Assembly: GCA_008632985.1 (NCBI GenBank)
Contig: QPGO01000121.1
Coordinates: 124,001 to 188,000 of the forward strand
Length of the DNA stretch: 64,000 nt
Source: Psammoneis japonica
Taxonomy: Eukaryota
Direction: 5' to 3'
Shown here piece by piece: positions 32,550-44,299 of this stretch. The number at the start of each line of letters is the position of its first letter. Position 1 is the stretch's first letter. The notes beneath the pieces are model-generated. The model did not search any database and was not told where the DNA came from. It was given only the letters and a program-made list of their open reading frames with translations. A program made the translations under genes and the position numbers.

Positions 32550-34073
32550 CTAATAATCACCGTATTCTCGAGCTGGGCTGGCATTCGGACTCGGGCTTGG
32601 ACTAGATGTGCCATAAACACCATCCATATACCTGGTCCTCTCCGCGCTCATGGAAAACGACGCCACGAGATAAATCTTGCTCTCGGATGTGTCTGTCACA
32701 AGCTGTCGCAATTTGTTTCCAGTCACATCGTGCACTCCACATTCATCCTCGTACTCCAGATCCACCCGGGTTGATTCAATACCGTACGTTTCTTGCGTCA
32801 AGTCCATGGGACCGGGATCCTCAAACATAATCTGAGGATCTTCCAATTTCTTGGTGCTCACGCCAATCTTGACGTCATAGAGTTGGATAACGTCCATGGC
32901 ACGCTGCCTGTTGGAGGCGCGAACCGAGACAGACACACCTCGGTTCGCGTCACGGTGCAAGTGTAGCTTGAGATGCAAGTCTATTCCACCAAAAGACGAT
33001 GAATCGCTGCGAAGGCTTCGGTTCCCACTAATGTAGTACCTCTCCATACCAAAAATCAGCTTTACGTGTTCCCGGCGCACACCCGTATCGATGCGCTCAT
33101 GAAGCTCATCCAACGCGTCACTGACAAGCGCGGCGTGTTGTTGCGCCTTGTCGGCGTGGTGCTTGGCAAGATCCTTGCGTGCAATTCGATCCGTACAGCC
33201 GTAATTGTGGAATTCACAGCGAAGCATCACCTCGGGGCATTCCCTGTAATGGCCTTCACATTCGTCACTGGTTGGAACAAACGGCATGCGTTCGCTCATA
33301 ATGGCTTGCAAAAGCTCGCGTCCAGCGGGAGAATCCGTAGGGTTCAAAGTACTGCTGTTGTTGTTGGCAGCAGAAGCTCCCGTCGGTGCTTGCTTCTTGT
33401 CGGAAGAACTCTCCTTTTCTTTGACATAATTCGGGTCTCCCGCTCCCAACAATTCTTTGCGTAGCATGCGCTTGTCACAAAAGCAACAGCTCGTCATTTC
33501 TCGGGGACACTGATGATGAGGCATGGAATTGGAGGGAATCGTAGCCTTGCATTTCTTACACGTGACGGGACGAAATCCACACTGCGACGCGTGTTTCTTT
33601 AAATCCTTACGGGCGACTTGTTCCTTGCAATTGTCAAACTCGCAGGGGACCAATTGAAACTTGCACGAATCCTTCTTGTGGGCTTCCAATTGACACAGGG
33701 GACCGACCCAATCACAGGCGTCTGGAGACTTATTCTTGGCAGCAGAAGCAGCGGCAGCGCTCTTGCGGCGCTTCTTCTTGGGAGGGCTGTTGTTTTTGTT
33801 GTTCTCGTCCGTACTACTGCTGCTGATACTCTTGTTGGGACACTTGACTTTCAAGTCATCAATCAAGTTCCGGAGAGCCAAGCAATTGGTCTTGATCAAG
33901 GATCCTCGACACGATGGACAGTCCGTCACGGTGGAAGGCTCAATACAAGCCTTGCAAAAGGCGTGGCCTTGACCACAAGCCGTTTGGGCTTCCTTCATCA
34001 CCTCACGGCATATCGCACACAACAGAGACGAACTGACCGGCTGGTCAACAAAGAGGCTCGGCTCAAATCCCAT
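32550..34073 (-). CDS. RING + TRAF-type zinc finger protein
   Basis: CAICREV..CGQGHAFCKAC..CPSCR; LKVKCPN; CDWVG; repeated C..C..RKDL..H..C units. Confidence 0.88.
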   Translation of the reverse strand: MGFEPSLFVDQPVSSSLLCAICREVMKEAQTACGQGHAFCKACIEPSTVTDCPSCRGSLIKTNCLALRNLIDDLKVKCPNKSISSSSTDENNKNNSPPKKKRRKSAAAASAAKNKSPDACDWVGPLCQLEAHKKDSCKFQLVPCEFDNCKEQVARKDLKKHASQCGFRPVTCKKCKATIPSNSMPHHQCPREMTSCCFCDKRMLRKELLGAGDPNYVKEKESSSDKKQAPTGASAANNNSSTLNPTDSPAGRELLQAIMSERMPFVPTSDECEGHYRECPEVMLRCEFHNYGCTDRIARKDLAKHHADKAQQHAALVSDALDELHERIDTGVRREHVKLIFGMERYYISGNRSLRSDSSSFGGIDLHLKLHLHRDANRGVSVSVRASNRQRAMDVIQLYDVKIGVSTKKLEDPQIMFEDPGPMDLTQETYGIESTRVDLEYEDECGVHDVTGNKLRQLVTDTSESKIYLVASFSMSAERTRYMDGVYGTSSPSPSPNASPAREYGDY

Positions 34074-34499
34074 GGTTGCAACAGTGTTAAGGAGTCTGAG
34101 AGTTGACAATACAGTAAGTACTTCTACCGGTATCTATCCAATGTCAAACACACAGGGAGTTGCAGGAAAAAACGTCTCCGCATGTTTCCACGCGTTTTTT
34201 CCATAAAAAGGCACCAGCCCGCGCCGCAGATAGTCCAGTGGCTGGCTACTGGTAGTGGAGATAGTGCAGAAAGCCACTACCGTATGTACCGGGCGGCCGT
34301 ACTGTACTGTAGCCTACCAGAGAAAGCAAGAGAGCAGACGATTACGACGACTGCCAGCATGCCGCACGTACGTCGTACGTGCAACAGCGAAAAGCCAAAG
34401 ACGTGAGCACTGCTCGTACTGCCGAGTTCATCACCGAGTCAAACTACAGTCTACTAGCTGCTAGCTAGAGCAGGCCCTGCTGCTGCAGTAGCAGCTGTG

Positions 34500-37400
34500 C
34501 TAAGACTGTTATTGAAAGAATATTTTGTTGTACTAATCAGTTACTAATGATCCTAAATCCTAATCTGTGCATTGTGTAAAATGCGTGTGCATCCTGTCCG
34601 CTGGCGCCCAGCTCCTGGTTGCAGCCAATGAGTCCAACACCGTCGCCTGTGGCATCAATCAACTTGACTTTTGGATTCTCCATAGCGCAGTATGTCGAAT
34701 CTTCCGACTTGAGGTCCACATAAATGATCCTGGACCCCCGACCACCCAACAAATGAACCTTGTTGATTTTCCCAGAGACCTGGATTGGCAAGGGCACGAG
34801 GGCTGTGGAAGACAGGACCTCAGAGTCAGACTGCCTCATTGAAGACAGCTCATCTGAAAGAGCTTCAAGGCGCTTGTAGACGTCACGGAGTTCATCATCG
34901 CCACCGTGGTTTCCCCCTTGGGCAGTGGCTTCATCAAGGAGAACTGCGTGGAGAGCGTCCATGTCCATGGAGTGCTGTGGCCACTGGGAGACGCAACTGA
35001 GCATCCACCCATTGCTCACAACAGACAGCTGGATGCCAGAAAGGTCCGTGGTGCAAACGCCAGATCGAGCCACAACAACCAACACGACATGATTGGTCTT
35101 GGTGACAGAGTCCTTGCAAGCAGCTTGCAAAACCATGGGCTTGAAGCTTTTCCAAGAACCTCCTTGCCCACCACCACGTGACTCCATCACAGAAGCAACA
35201 CCAGCTCCATTCATGACAGCAGCTGCATCGTTGTTGTTTGCAGGAGCTGGAGCCGACACCGTCCGACGAGTGCTGTCAAGGCCACCCGAGAACAGCTCTT
35301 CGTCGCCGTCGTCGGTGTCTGTGGCCAGATGAAATTGAAAAAAGAACACCGCGCGGCGCGGTCAAATGAAAATGCACGCGTCAGCAACAGAGTGACGTCA
35401 CTCACATTTATTTCGAATGCATGTGCGGACACGGTGATGATCAAAACTCACCGTCAGGGTTCTCATTGCTGTTGTTCATCGTTCGACGAAGATTGAACCC
35501 GGTTTCGTCTTTGAGCCTGTGCAAGCCAGTGCGGAACTTGTCCAGTGGACAGCGCATGAACTCTGCGCGCATCTGCTGGATCTCTTTTGGCGTCGCTCCA
35601 GCGCTTGCCCTGCCATCCATCAGCATCTCCTTCAAGAGTTTGCAGTCGGCGGACCCCTTGCGCCACACTGCTCAAAGGGGGCCGGCGGCCTCAGTGTCAA
35701 GAACCGATTTGGTTCGTTGGTTGAGTTTGGGCATGGTTTCTTTGGTTTTCTCTTTTTTATGAGAGGATTGATGGTGCACAGTCGAGAGTCGTCAAGATCA
35801 GCGTTCGCGTTGACGGGCAGCAATGAGAACCCCATTTTTGAATGGGTCACGGCCAACTTACCTCACCACTGTCCACGGGATGCTCTTTTCAAATTTGAAT
35901 AAATTCCAACCGCCAAAATGAGATTTGAGAAAACACCAACCGCCAACATTGAGAAAGGGCCTCTTGACAACGAAGATTCCCTCAAGACCACACGAAAAAC
36001 GTTCCGAGACCATGCAAAAATCGTTCCCAAATCACACCCAAAACGATTTTCAGCTCCAGAACGATGACTTAGGACCATCTCAACTGAAGAATGAGTGGCT
36101 GAATCCCAAGCTTCGGCGTGTGTTTGCGACAGCACCAACGGCAAACTGGCTCCTGATGTTTATTTTGGCTTTTCATTGGCACATTTCCGTGCGCTTTTCG
36201 TCTGTGAAAAGGCGATTTCATTTCGATTTGTAGAATGAGAATGCTTTTTTAATGCCCCACCAATCATGGATTGTGGTTGTGTAATTCTGCATCACATGTT
36301 GCATGCAAACTGCTGTGTTGGTTGAGCTAAGAGCACGCTTTGGAATGGTTGTTCTACCGTGTTCCGGTTGACAAAACGACGTCCAAAGTTGCCCATTGCG
36401 AACGTCCCGAAGTCACCATTCGGAAACCATGCCCGAATCGCATTTTTTTCGTATTTTCTTCAAACACGACGGAATCTCACCAAAGGCCTCTTCTGATGAG
36501 AACCCCAACTGCGTGAAGACGACAAAACACAATTGTCAAACATGAAACAACCACTGCTCTAGAGCAGCCAGCCAGAGACCAGAGACTGGCTGCTGGCAGC
36601 AGAGACTGGCACAAACGGCACAACAGAGAAAAGACCAAAGCAACACACTGTGGCATGTTGCCAATTACTTGTCATGAGACCACCCAAAGAGGCCGCAGAG
36701 TGCTTGGCACAGACAATCATTCAGAAGCCAAAAGGGTCACCTGCAGTGTGGAAACGTCGGTTCGCATCATGCTTCTGTGCCCCAGAAGAAGCAGCATCTG
36801 AGTTGTGGGGGCTTCTCGTTGATGACGGGAAAATGCCACGAGGTTTTTTGCCCACTCACATGCTCTGCACCCTTTGCTTTCTCAAATTGTGTGAATCTGA
36901 GACAGTCGTTGCAGGCATCTGTAATAAAATCCATGAAGACACGCTGAGAAAATGGGTTTGGGTCGGAATTCAACTTGTTGGACAGTTAAATTTGGTGCGC
37001 ACCATTCCAGATGGGACCCACATGTGTGAAACAAACAGACTGACACCTTGTTCTTAGATTCACTGGGAAGACCGCTTCATTGATGACAATGGCAGCAGAT
37101 GTTTGGTGACACTCGACGGCACTGATTTCAGAATCTACGAGCCATCACCATTTGATCCAATGTGGTTCTCCCATAAATTCCACGGTGCTGGGCTGCGGCA
37201 TGAAATTGGAGTGTGCATTCAGACAGGGTGGATTGTTTGGGTCAATGGGCCGCACCCAGCTGGGTTGCCGGATCTGAACATTGCTCGTGAATGGATCATT
37301 GAAGAGCTTGAAGACGGCGAGATGCATCTAGCCGACGGTGGCTGCAGCGACGGGAGCCAGTGCAGCTTGACTCCATCTGGCCTGAGAAATGCAGACGAGG

Positions 37401-37900
37401 CTATGAAAACAACAGCAAGGGCAAGGCATGAGGCTGTTGATGGATGGTTCAAGCGTTTCGGAATGCTTGACAAAAGATGCCGCCACGCGAAGGAAACACA
37501 TTGCCATGTGTTTCATGCCGTGGCCAACATCACACAGTTGGCCCTCATGATGGGTCACTCGCCATTTGATGTGGATCATTTTGACAACTAAAATTAACAG
37601 CAGAAAGCATGTTGTCGCCAAGATGATGTTGCCGTGAACGTTCCTTAATCTCATTGTCGATGCAACGCCTCGCGAGTCGATCGCGAGCAAAAGCGAACCC
37701 CTCCTCCCCACCACAGGCAGACCCACAGCAGGGCCCTGCAGCACTGTCATACGGTGGGGCCCACAGCATGCGCCGGACTGCATCTCCGTGACGCAAGGGC
37801 GGGTGGCGGCAGCGCGCCCGCCCGGGGATGAAAATGCACCCACCGATGACGCAATTGTGACGTGCGCTTCCCACGCTTTTTCGTGGTCAGCCTTGCGGGG
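34500..37900. mobile_element. PIF/Harbinger DNA transposon (divergent accessory ORF plus transposase), TpA-mutated; ends approximate
   Basis: Two-ORF layout: minus-strand ORF about 35734-34537 with an intron, and a plus-strand DDE transposase; TIRs not resolved. Confidence 0.75.
36674..37591 (+). pseudogene. Harbinger (DDE_Tnp_4-like) transposase, intron about 36994-37057
   Basis: LDGTDFRIYEP, WFSHKF.GAGLRHEIG, WVNGPHPAG..D, LADGGC, RARHEAV..FKRF; positions expected to be Tyr read His or Cys. Confidence 0.85.
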
Positions 37901-37999
37901 TGCAGACAGATGCCGGCAGTGCATCAGCGCATGCATTTTTTATTTCTGATGATTCTGCGCGCAGATGATGGGGATGCGACAGAGATGCCGATGCCGAGC

Positions 38000-40900
38000 T
38001 TCAAAATCACACTCTTGTCTCACACCCATTGAAGCTTGTGGTTGGTTGACTCCATTTCTCTTCAACCAAAAGCACTCACTTTTTCCTCTTGCATGGCAAA
38101 TTTCAAGATTCTCAGCAACAAAAATCAAAAGCACAAAACAGCCCTCTGTTCGTTTCCACGACAGACACACCCAGCATGACAACTGGCAGACAAGATGATG
38201 ATGTTGTTTCCGGGGTAATGCGGCAAACAAACAATGCTGCAAAAAAAGCTGCCGCGTGTCACATCATCCGTGCCATCAAGCAGCAGTGCAACAATTGTTT
38301 TTTCCTGCAACTCCCAGGAAGCATGAGCACGCCAGCAATGACAGAAGCCAGTGCTTTTCGTGACAGCCGGCATCTGGCGGCAAGGCAGAAAGATTTGACA
38401 TTTTATTCAGAATTGAATGATTGCATTGTCTTTCCCGCCAAAATTTTCCGTTCCGGCGGTTGAACATGACGTGTCAATTTTCAAAAGGTCTTGCTCCGAT
38501 TGTGTGCAAGCGGCAGGGCCTGTGGTGTGTGCTTGCTCACATGCAGAGTCCGTCCTCACCATGAAAACTCTAGTCTCTACTGTGGCTGCTCTGGAGGGCT
38601 GTCTAAAAGTTCTTGGAGTGGAGATGGCTCTGTGATTTCAGCTCTCGAAGGTGAGAGCTTCCGTCTCATAAAACTCATCACTTTTTGTCTGAATCTTTTC
38701 CCATTTGACACAGCATTCGAGCGTGGAGCTGATGCTGATCTTTGGATCTTGTCCCAGACAGCAACGGGAAGACACCAGCAAGAATCATTTCTGCACATGG
38801 GCAGCTGCCGCAAAACAATGCAGGAACAAGTCCTCCTCCATTTCGCTTTCACAGAACGTCCACTTCGGGTTGGCGGCACCACAGCACAAGCAAGCCGCCA
38901 CGCCTGGGAACAAACGGCTTGGCCTGAAGATGTTGGTTGTTCTCAGAAAGCAATGAAGCACTGACAACATGACATGTTGAGCTGCTTGCAGTGGCTTCAA
39001 CATCAAAAGCACTGAAAAAGAAACTCACATGTCAGGGCTCCATGGCAGCAGAAGTGCAGGGGCGAGGCTCGACTGTCTCTGCACATGGCTGTTGTGCTTC
39101 CGGCACAGCATCAACAGGCCCCACAGCAAAAGATTTTCCAGTGCTGTCCACTTTAGAATTTGTGTCAAGACTTGACAATCTTTCCGTGTGATTGCTCACA
39201 GAGGCAGTGTGTCCCCCGCTGCTCAATCTCCTGTTCCGTCATGACGTTGATGACCCCTGCTTCCGATCATGCAAAATTCAAAGAAAAACAAACATGTTGA
39301 ACAATCCCTGCAAGGGCATGAGAAACTGCAAGAGACAAGTGACTGTGAAACAGTGAAATGTGAGTAAAGAACAGCAAGCATCGATGACAGCGTTGCCGCG
39401 CAGCAGTGCGCGTGCACTAGAAATCGTTCTGCCCCATCACTGTCCTCTGAATGCCAGCAACGTGTCACCAAAAACAGGCAATGACCAGTGCTCCAATGCA
39501 AAGAAAGACCTGTGGCGCCACTTGCTTTGAACGCATTTGCTGGGTTGCTTGCAACTGCCGCCACCCATGCTGTGATTCAAAGTTGCATCAGTCTCTCATT
39601 CGCTCTGTCTTCCAGACATGATGCAACATGACAAAAAAGCAAATTGCTGCAATGACAATGGACAACAACAGTTGTCAGAACATCCAAGTGGCAACAATTG
39701 CATCCAGCAGCCCATGCCAGCAAATTGTGTGCTCTGAGTGGCAACACCACAGCAGATGGAACAAACGCCATGAGATTGTCACAATGTGCATGTGTTGCTC
39801 CACCTTTTCAGTGATCCATCATGGGACTTGCTGTGCTTCACCAGGAGGAGATGGCAAATTGCTGATGAGGCCACATGGCAGACTGCTCCCAAGCCAAACC
39901 CAATCAAGAAGCCATGTGCTGAACACATCTGCATGCTGCCTCTGGCAAAAGCAGCTCCGACAGCACCCAATGGAACAGGGATGCTTGAAAGGGCCTGCAT
40001 GGTGGATGAAATGGCGTGGAGAGTGCTCAGACTAAACATGAGCTGACAGTGCTTTTCTTTTGTTTTGTTCTTCCAATCTTTCACAACAACACCAACAACA
40101 GTGCATGATCCAATGGCTGATGACAAGCCAACAGGAGTGCAAACAATTTGGAGCAGGCAGAGCTGCTCAAGTGCAACGGGCATGGGTGTGCTTCTCCAGT
40201 TGCAGGCTCTTTGGAGAAGAAACTGCAAGTTGGTCACAGCATTGCAACACTTTCTGCTCAATCTCCCAAATGTTTGGCAGCACCTTGAGCCAAATTTAAA
40301 CTTCCAACTCAGTCAAATTGATGCCGTCAGTGACTCTTGAATCTGTTTGATGGCCTGAACAGGAGCAGCACAGCAGCAAACACAGTCCACTGTCAAACCA
40401 AAACAGAAAATAAAACAGTGAGAAATCCCAAACCACCGCATGCTGCACTGTGGCGCTTGGTGCAAAATTGCGCACGCACTTCACCGTGTTAAAAAATTGA
40501 AACCACGGTGAAAGCATGAAGGAAGCATGTGGGGCATGATGATGTGTGCTTGCAGCTGCACCTGGAGTTACAACATGCACCCTCTCTCTCTGTCATGTGC
40601 TGAACAATGTTTTTCACCCCAAATGTGTTGCTGCATTGGGAGTGAACTGCATTGCACTGTGCAGTGGGCAGTGCTGTGTCGCGGCTTTGTGCTGGTGCCA
40701 AAGGGTGCATTGGAGCAGTTGCTCAAAGATGTTGCATGTTTGAGCAATCACACAAACATGTCATGTTTGCAAAGCCTGTTTCAGCAATTGCTGAAAGATG
40801 CTGCATGTTGCTCAAACATTGAGCCCCATTTGCTCAAGCCTGCCACATTTGAGCAAAAAGGTGGTGTCTCTACAAAACGTGATTCAAGCAGTGCACAGGG

Positions 40901-43900
40901 TGCTGTTGGCTGCCAGACTGCACTGCCAGCAATGCCCCATGTCATGCACATGTGCACGCCAGAATGTTTTTGAAGGGTGAGTGTGCTCATGCCACAGACT
41001 GCTGTGGCTCAGCTGCACATCCCGCATGACACATCTGAAAATTTGCTCATTGTTGTGTGCTGAGGAAACCCAAAAGCAAACAAGAGAACACCTGCTGCAG
41101 CTGTGCTGTGTTCTTCAGTTGGTCCTGACACTGGATCAGCAAAGAGAAAAGAGCAGTGGCATGCACCACTTCATTTTGCCTTTCCTTGCCACAACCCAGC
41201 AATGAGCTGGCATTTGTGTCCACTTGGGAACCCATTGAGAAGCTCATGGCTGAGTTGCACCTGCTCCACCTTTTTGCAACGAAGAACTCATTGGGCACAC
41301 CACACAGTTAAGGGGAGAAACAAGAGCACCATTGCCAGCAGCAGACTCTGGCAGGCATCATGTTGATGAGGTCAAGCCATGTGCCCAGAGCCACTGCCGC
41401 TCCACCCCATGAACTCACAGCATCAGACTGTCAAGTGTGAGACAGAGTGGCAACAACCAACAAGATTGCTCCACCTTCTTTTGGCTGCATCTCTGTGTCA
41501 GACAACATGACACAAGAGGAGGGACAGTCATCAGGATCACTGCAAAGAAAGAGTGCATGGCATGGTTGCAGACATGGGAAATGCAATGATTCAGAGAGCC
41601 CTGCATGACTTTTGGATTGTTGCGTGAATGACTTCAATGGTGCCAGATCAGATGTCCAGCAATTGCCCTGGTGAAACCAGCTGGCATCAACAAGCACAAA
41701 GCCAGTGCAGGACGAATGAGATCCAAGGAAAGCCTTGGTCATGGGACCCCAAAGCCAACTCTCAGGAACTTCTTGCAGTGATCTCCATTGTGCTGCACAT
41801 GACATCTCTGCTGGCAAGGAAACCTTCATGAAAACCACAAAGGCTGTTGCCAATTGTGTCAGATCAGAACATGTTGACAAGGGGGGGGGGCATGGGACTG
41901 TCAAGTCTGGAGCTAGAGCCAGCAACTGTGAGCCCCAGGACCCACTGGATGGGGCCACACAAACCCAGCTCAAGCAGGTGGGGGAAGTTGCACACAAGAC
42001 ATTGCAGCACCAAAAGCAGTCCCAGGAGGAAGTGCTCCAACTCAGTCTTTGCTCTGATCTTGTGCCACTGCACCCAACCACTGTGCAATCAAGTGGAGGC
42101 TCACAAGGGCTGGGCGGATGTTCAATTGTGACATTGGTGTCATTTTCCAGCTGGAACTTGGTTGTCCACAGTTGTTTGATGCAGAAGCAGATCTGGAGGA
42201 GTCCTGTGCACACCATTGTCAACACCAAGCACTTCTGCTTGCTTTTTGTCAATCCTGCCACATGTCCAATGCAGGCTGCTGTGACAAGGTGCACTGCTTG
42301 GTTGGCATGGCTGAAAGACTTGCTGGTCAGACAGGGTCACACAGCACCCTGAATGAGTTTGGGCCATGCTGCAGGACATGGTTTTCAAATCAAATGACCA
42401 ACATTTCAATTTCAGACATTGGGTGGAATCAATCTTTCCTTTCCAAACTGGCTCCAAAAGGGTTTTGAGACTTTTCTCATGCATCATCATTGCGTGTCCA
42501 CTTGTGCCATCTTCACATTTTGTGTTGCAAAAGAACAAAAAATCAGCAAAAATCTCTGCCAATTTGTCCTCAAGAAAGCCAAGCACAGCCTCTTTTCTGT
42601 CTTGTCTTCCAAGTTCAAGTTTGAGCAAGTGACCATTTTTGCAATGTGTCATCCAGAGAATTTGTTCCACGGCTCTTGTTTGGAACAGCAGCAGCACAAA
42701 ACATTTCACCACTCTGACAGCTTGCTCTCCATGTGCTTTTCCTTCATCACACTTTTCTTCTCTTGTGATGAAGGCATCAAACCACAAGGCAACAACACCA
42801 CGTGAAACAACAAATTGAGATGATCCAAGGGACAAACACAGAGTGAGCACTCTCTTTCAACAGCGTCTTTTTAGAAATGCTGTTTGCATCAGAGCAATGG
42901 TCAGCAGTTGCCTCCTGCTGCAGCACATGTGACAACAAAATGGTGCAAACAAGTCACAAGAAGCACCCACAAAATGTAAACTGTGTGCAACATTTCTGGA
43001 CAATGTTTGCCTCATCTAGACCACCCATGCTTGCTTCACTTGAACCATTTGCTTTCCTGCACTGGCTGCAGCTTTTGTGGCACAGCACTTTCTTTGTTCT
43101 CAAACTTGATTGCTGCCCCTGATTTGTTCACTTGTTTTGCATTGCTTGCAGTTTTTTTGTGTGGTGGTGGGGGGAGGTCATGTTTCTTGAGCTGCTCTGC
43201 TTTTCAACAACAAATGGCACCAGCACTCATGAGCACTCACCAAACATGACCACTGCTCAATTTTTTGCCCTGTCTTGGCAGTTTTGCTGAGCTTCTTTTG
43301 CTTCTCCATTTGTTGAATTCTTTTCTTCCAAATGTCACCAAGCAAACCCTTGGGAGGGGGGGCTGTTGTGTGTGCCAGTGCTGTTGTCACATGGTGCTCA
43401 TGCATGAGTGCATGAAGATGGTGTGTGACATGGTGGCAGACATCACAAAGTTTTGTCCTTTTTACAGTGGAGTCATTGCATGAGGTCCCAACCCCTCAGA
43501 TGTCAAAAATGTGGCCACAAGCCAGTTTTCATGCTGTCAAAACTTTGATGTCACTTGACTGGGGTGGTCAGTGACTCCACCTTTGACATCAACTCAAGAT
43601 TTTTCAAACTTCTTGAAACCTCTTTTTTGCTGTTCCAAACATTGTTTTGCAGCTTTTCATTTTCCCCTTCTCTGTGTTTTGTTTGGCATTGTGTGCCACC
43701 TGTGTTTGCAAGTGGCTCTCTAATGTTTCAAAATGACTTTGAATGCTTGGCAGGGCTCCAAACTGCCCTTGACTCAAAACACAGTCACACATGCCTCACA
43801 TGCCAAAGTGTCAACAGATGCCTCAAAAACATCAGCATGATCTTTTTTGTAACCAAATGAGCAAACTAAGATGCACAAAAGACCTTCTCTTCCTTCTTTG

Positions 43901-44250
43901 TCAATTGTTGACACTGTCAGATGCTGTGCCTCCCATCAGGTGCTGTTGGAAGCCATCTTGGTTGGCTGTTGCTCAGTCCAGGACAAAACCAACTAAACAG
44001 ATGGTGAAGGGGGGCACCTCTCTCAAGGTTGCACAATGCAGTGCAGAGGATGATGGTTGCAGCAGGCAGACAACAAGATGTGCCAAAGATGTGAACTGTG
44101 AGAAGATCTCACATTTGACCGCAGATGACATTTTGACCTGATGGTCATGTGTGTCACTCTGATCACTGTTGCCAGAAGACTCAAAGGACATTTCTTCCAG
44201 AAGCAGAGATCGATGACCAGAAGCATCATCCATGAATCAGACTTGGCATT
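38000..44250. other. Degenerate TpA/CpG-depleted sequence of unassigned origin (probably TE-derived)
   Basis: Same composition as the flanking TE relics; no motif I can assign with confidence. Confidence 0.45.
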
Positions 44251-44299
44251 TGACTTGTGACATTCCCTTTCAACCAAGCAGAGAAGGAGGACAAACAGT

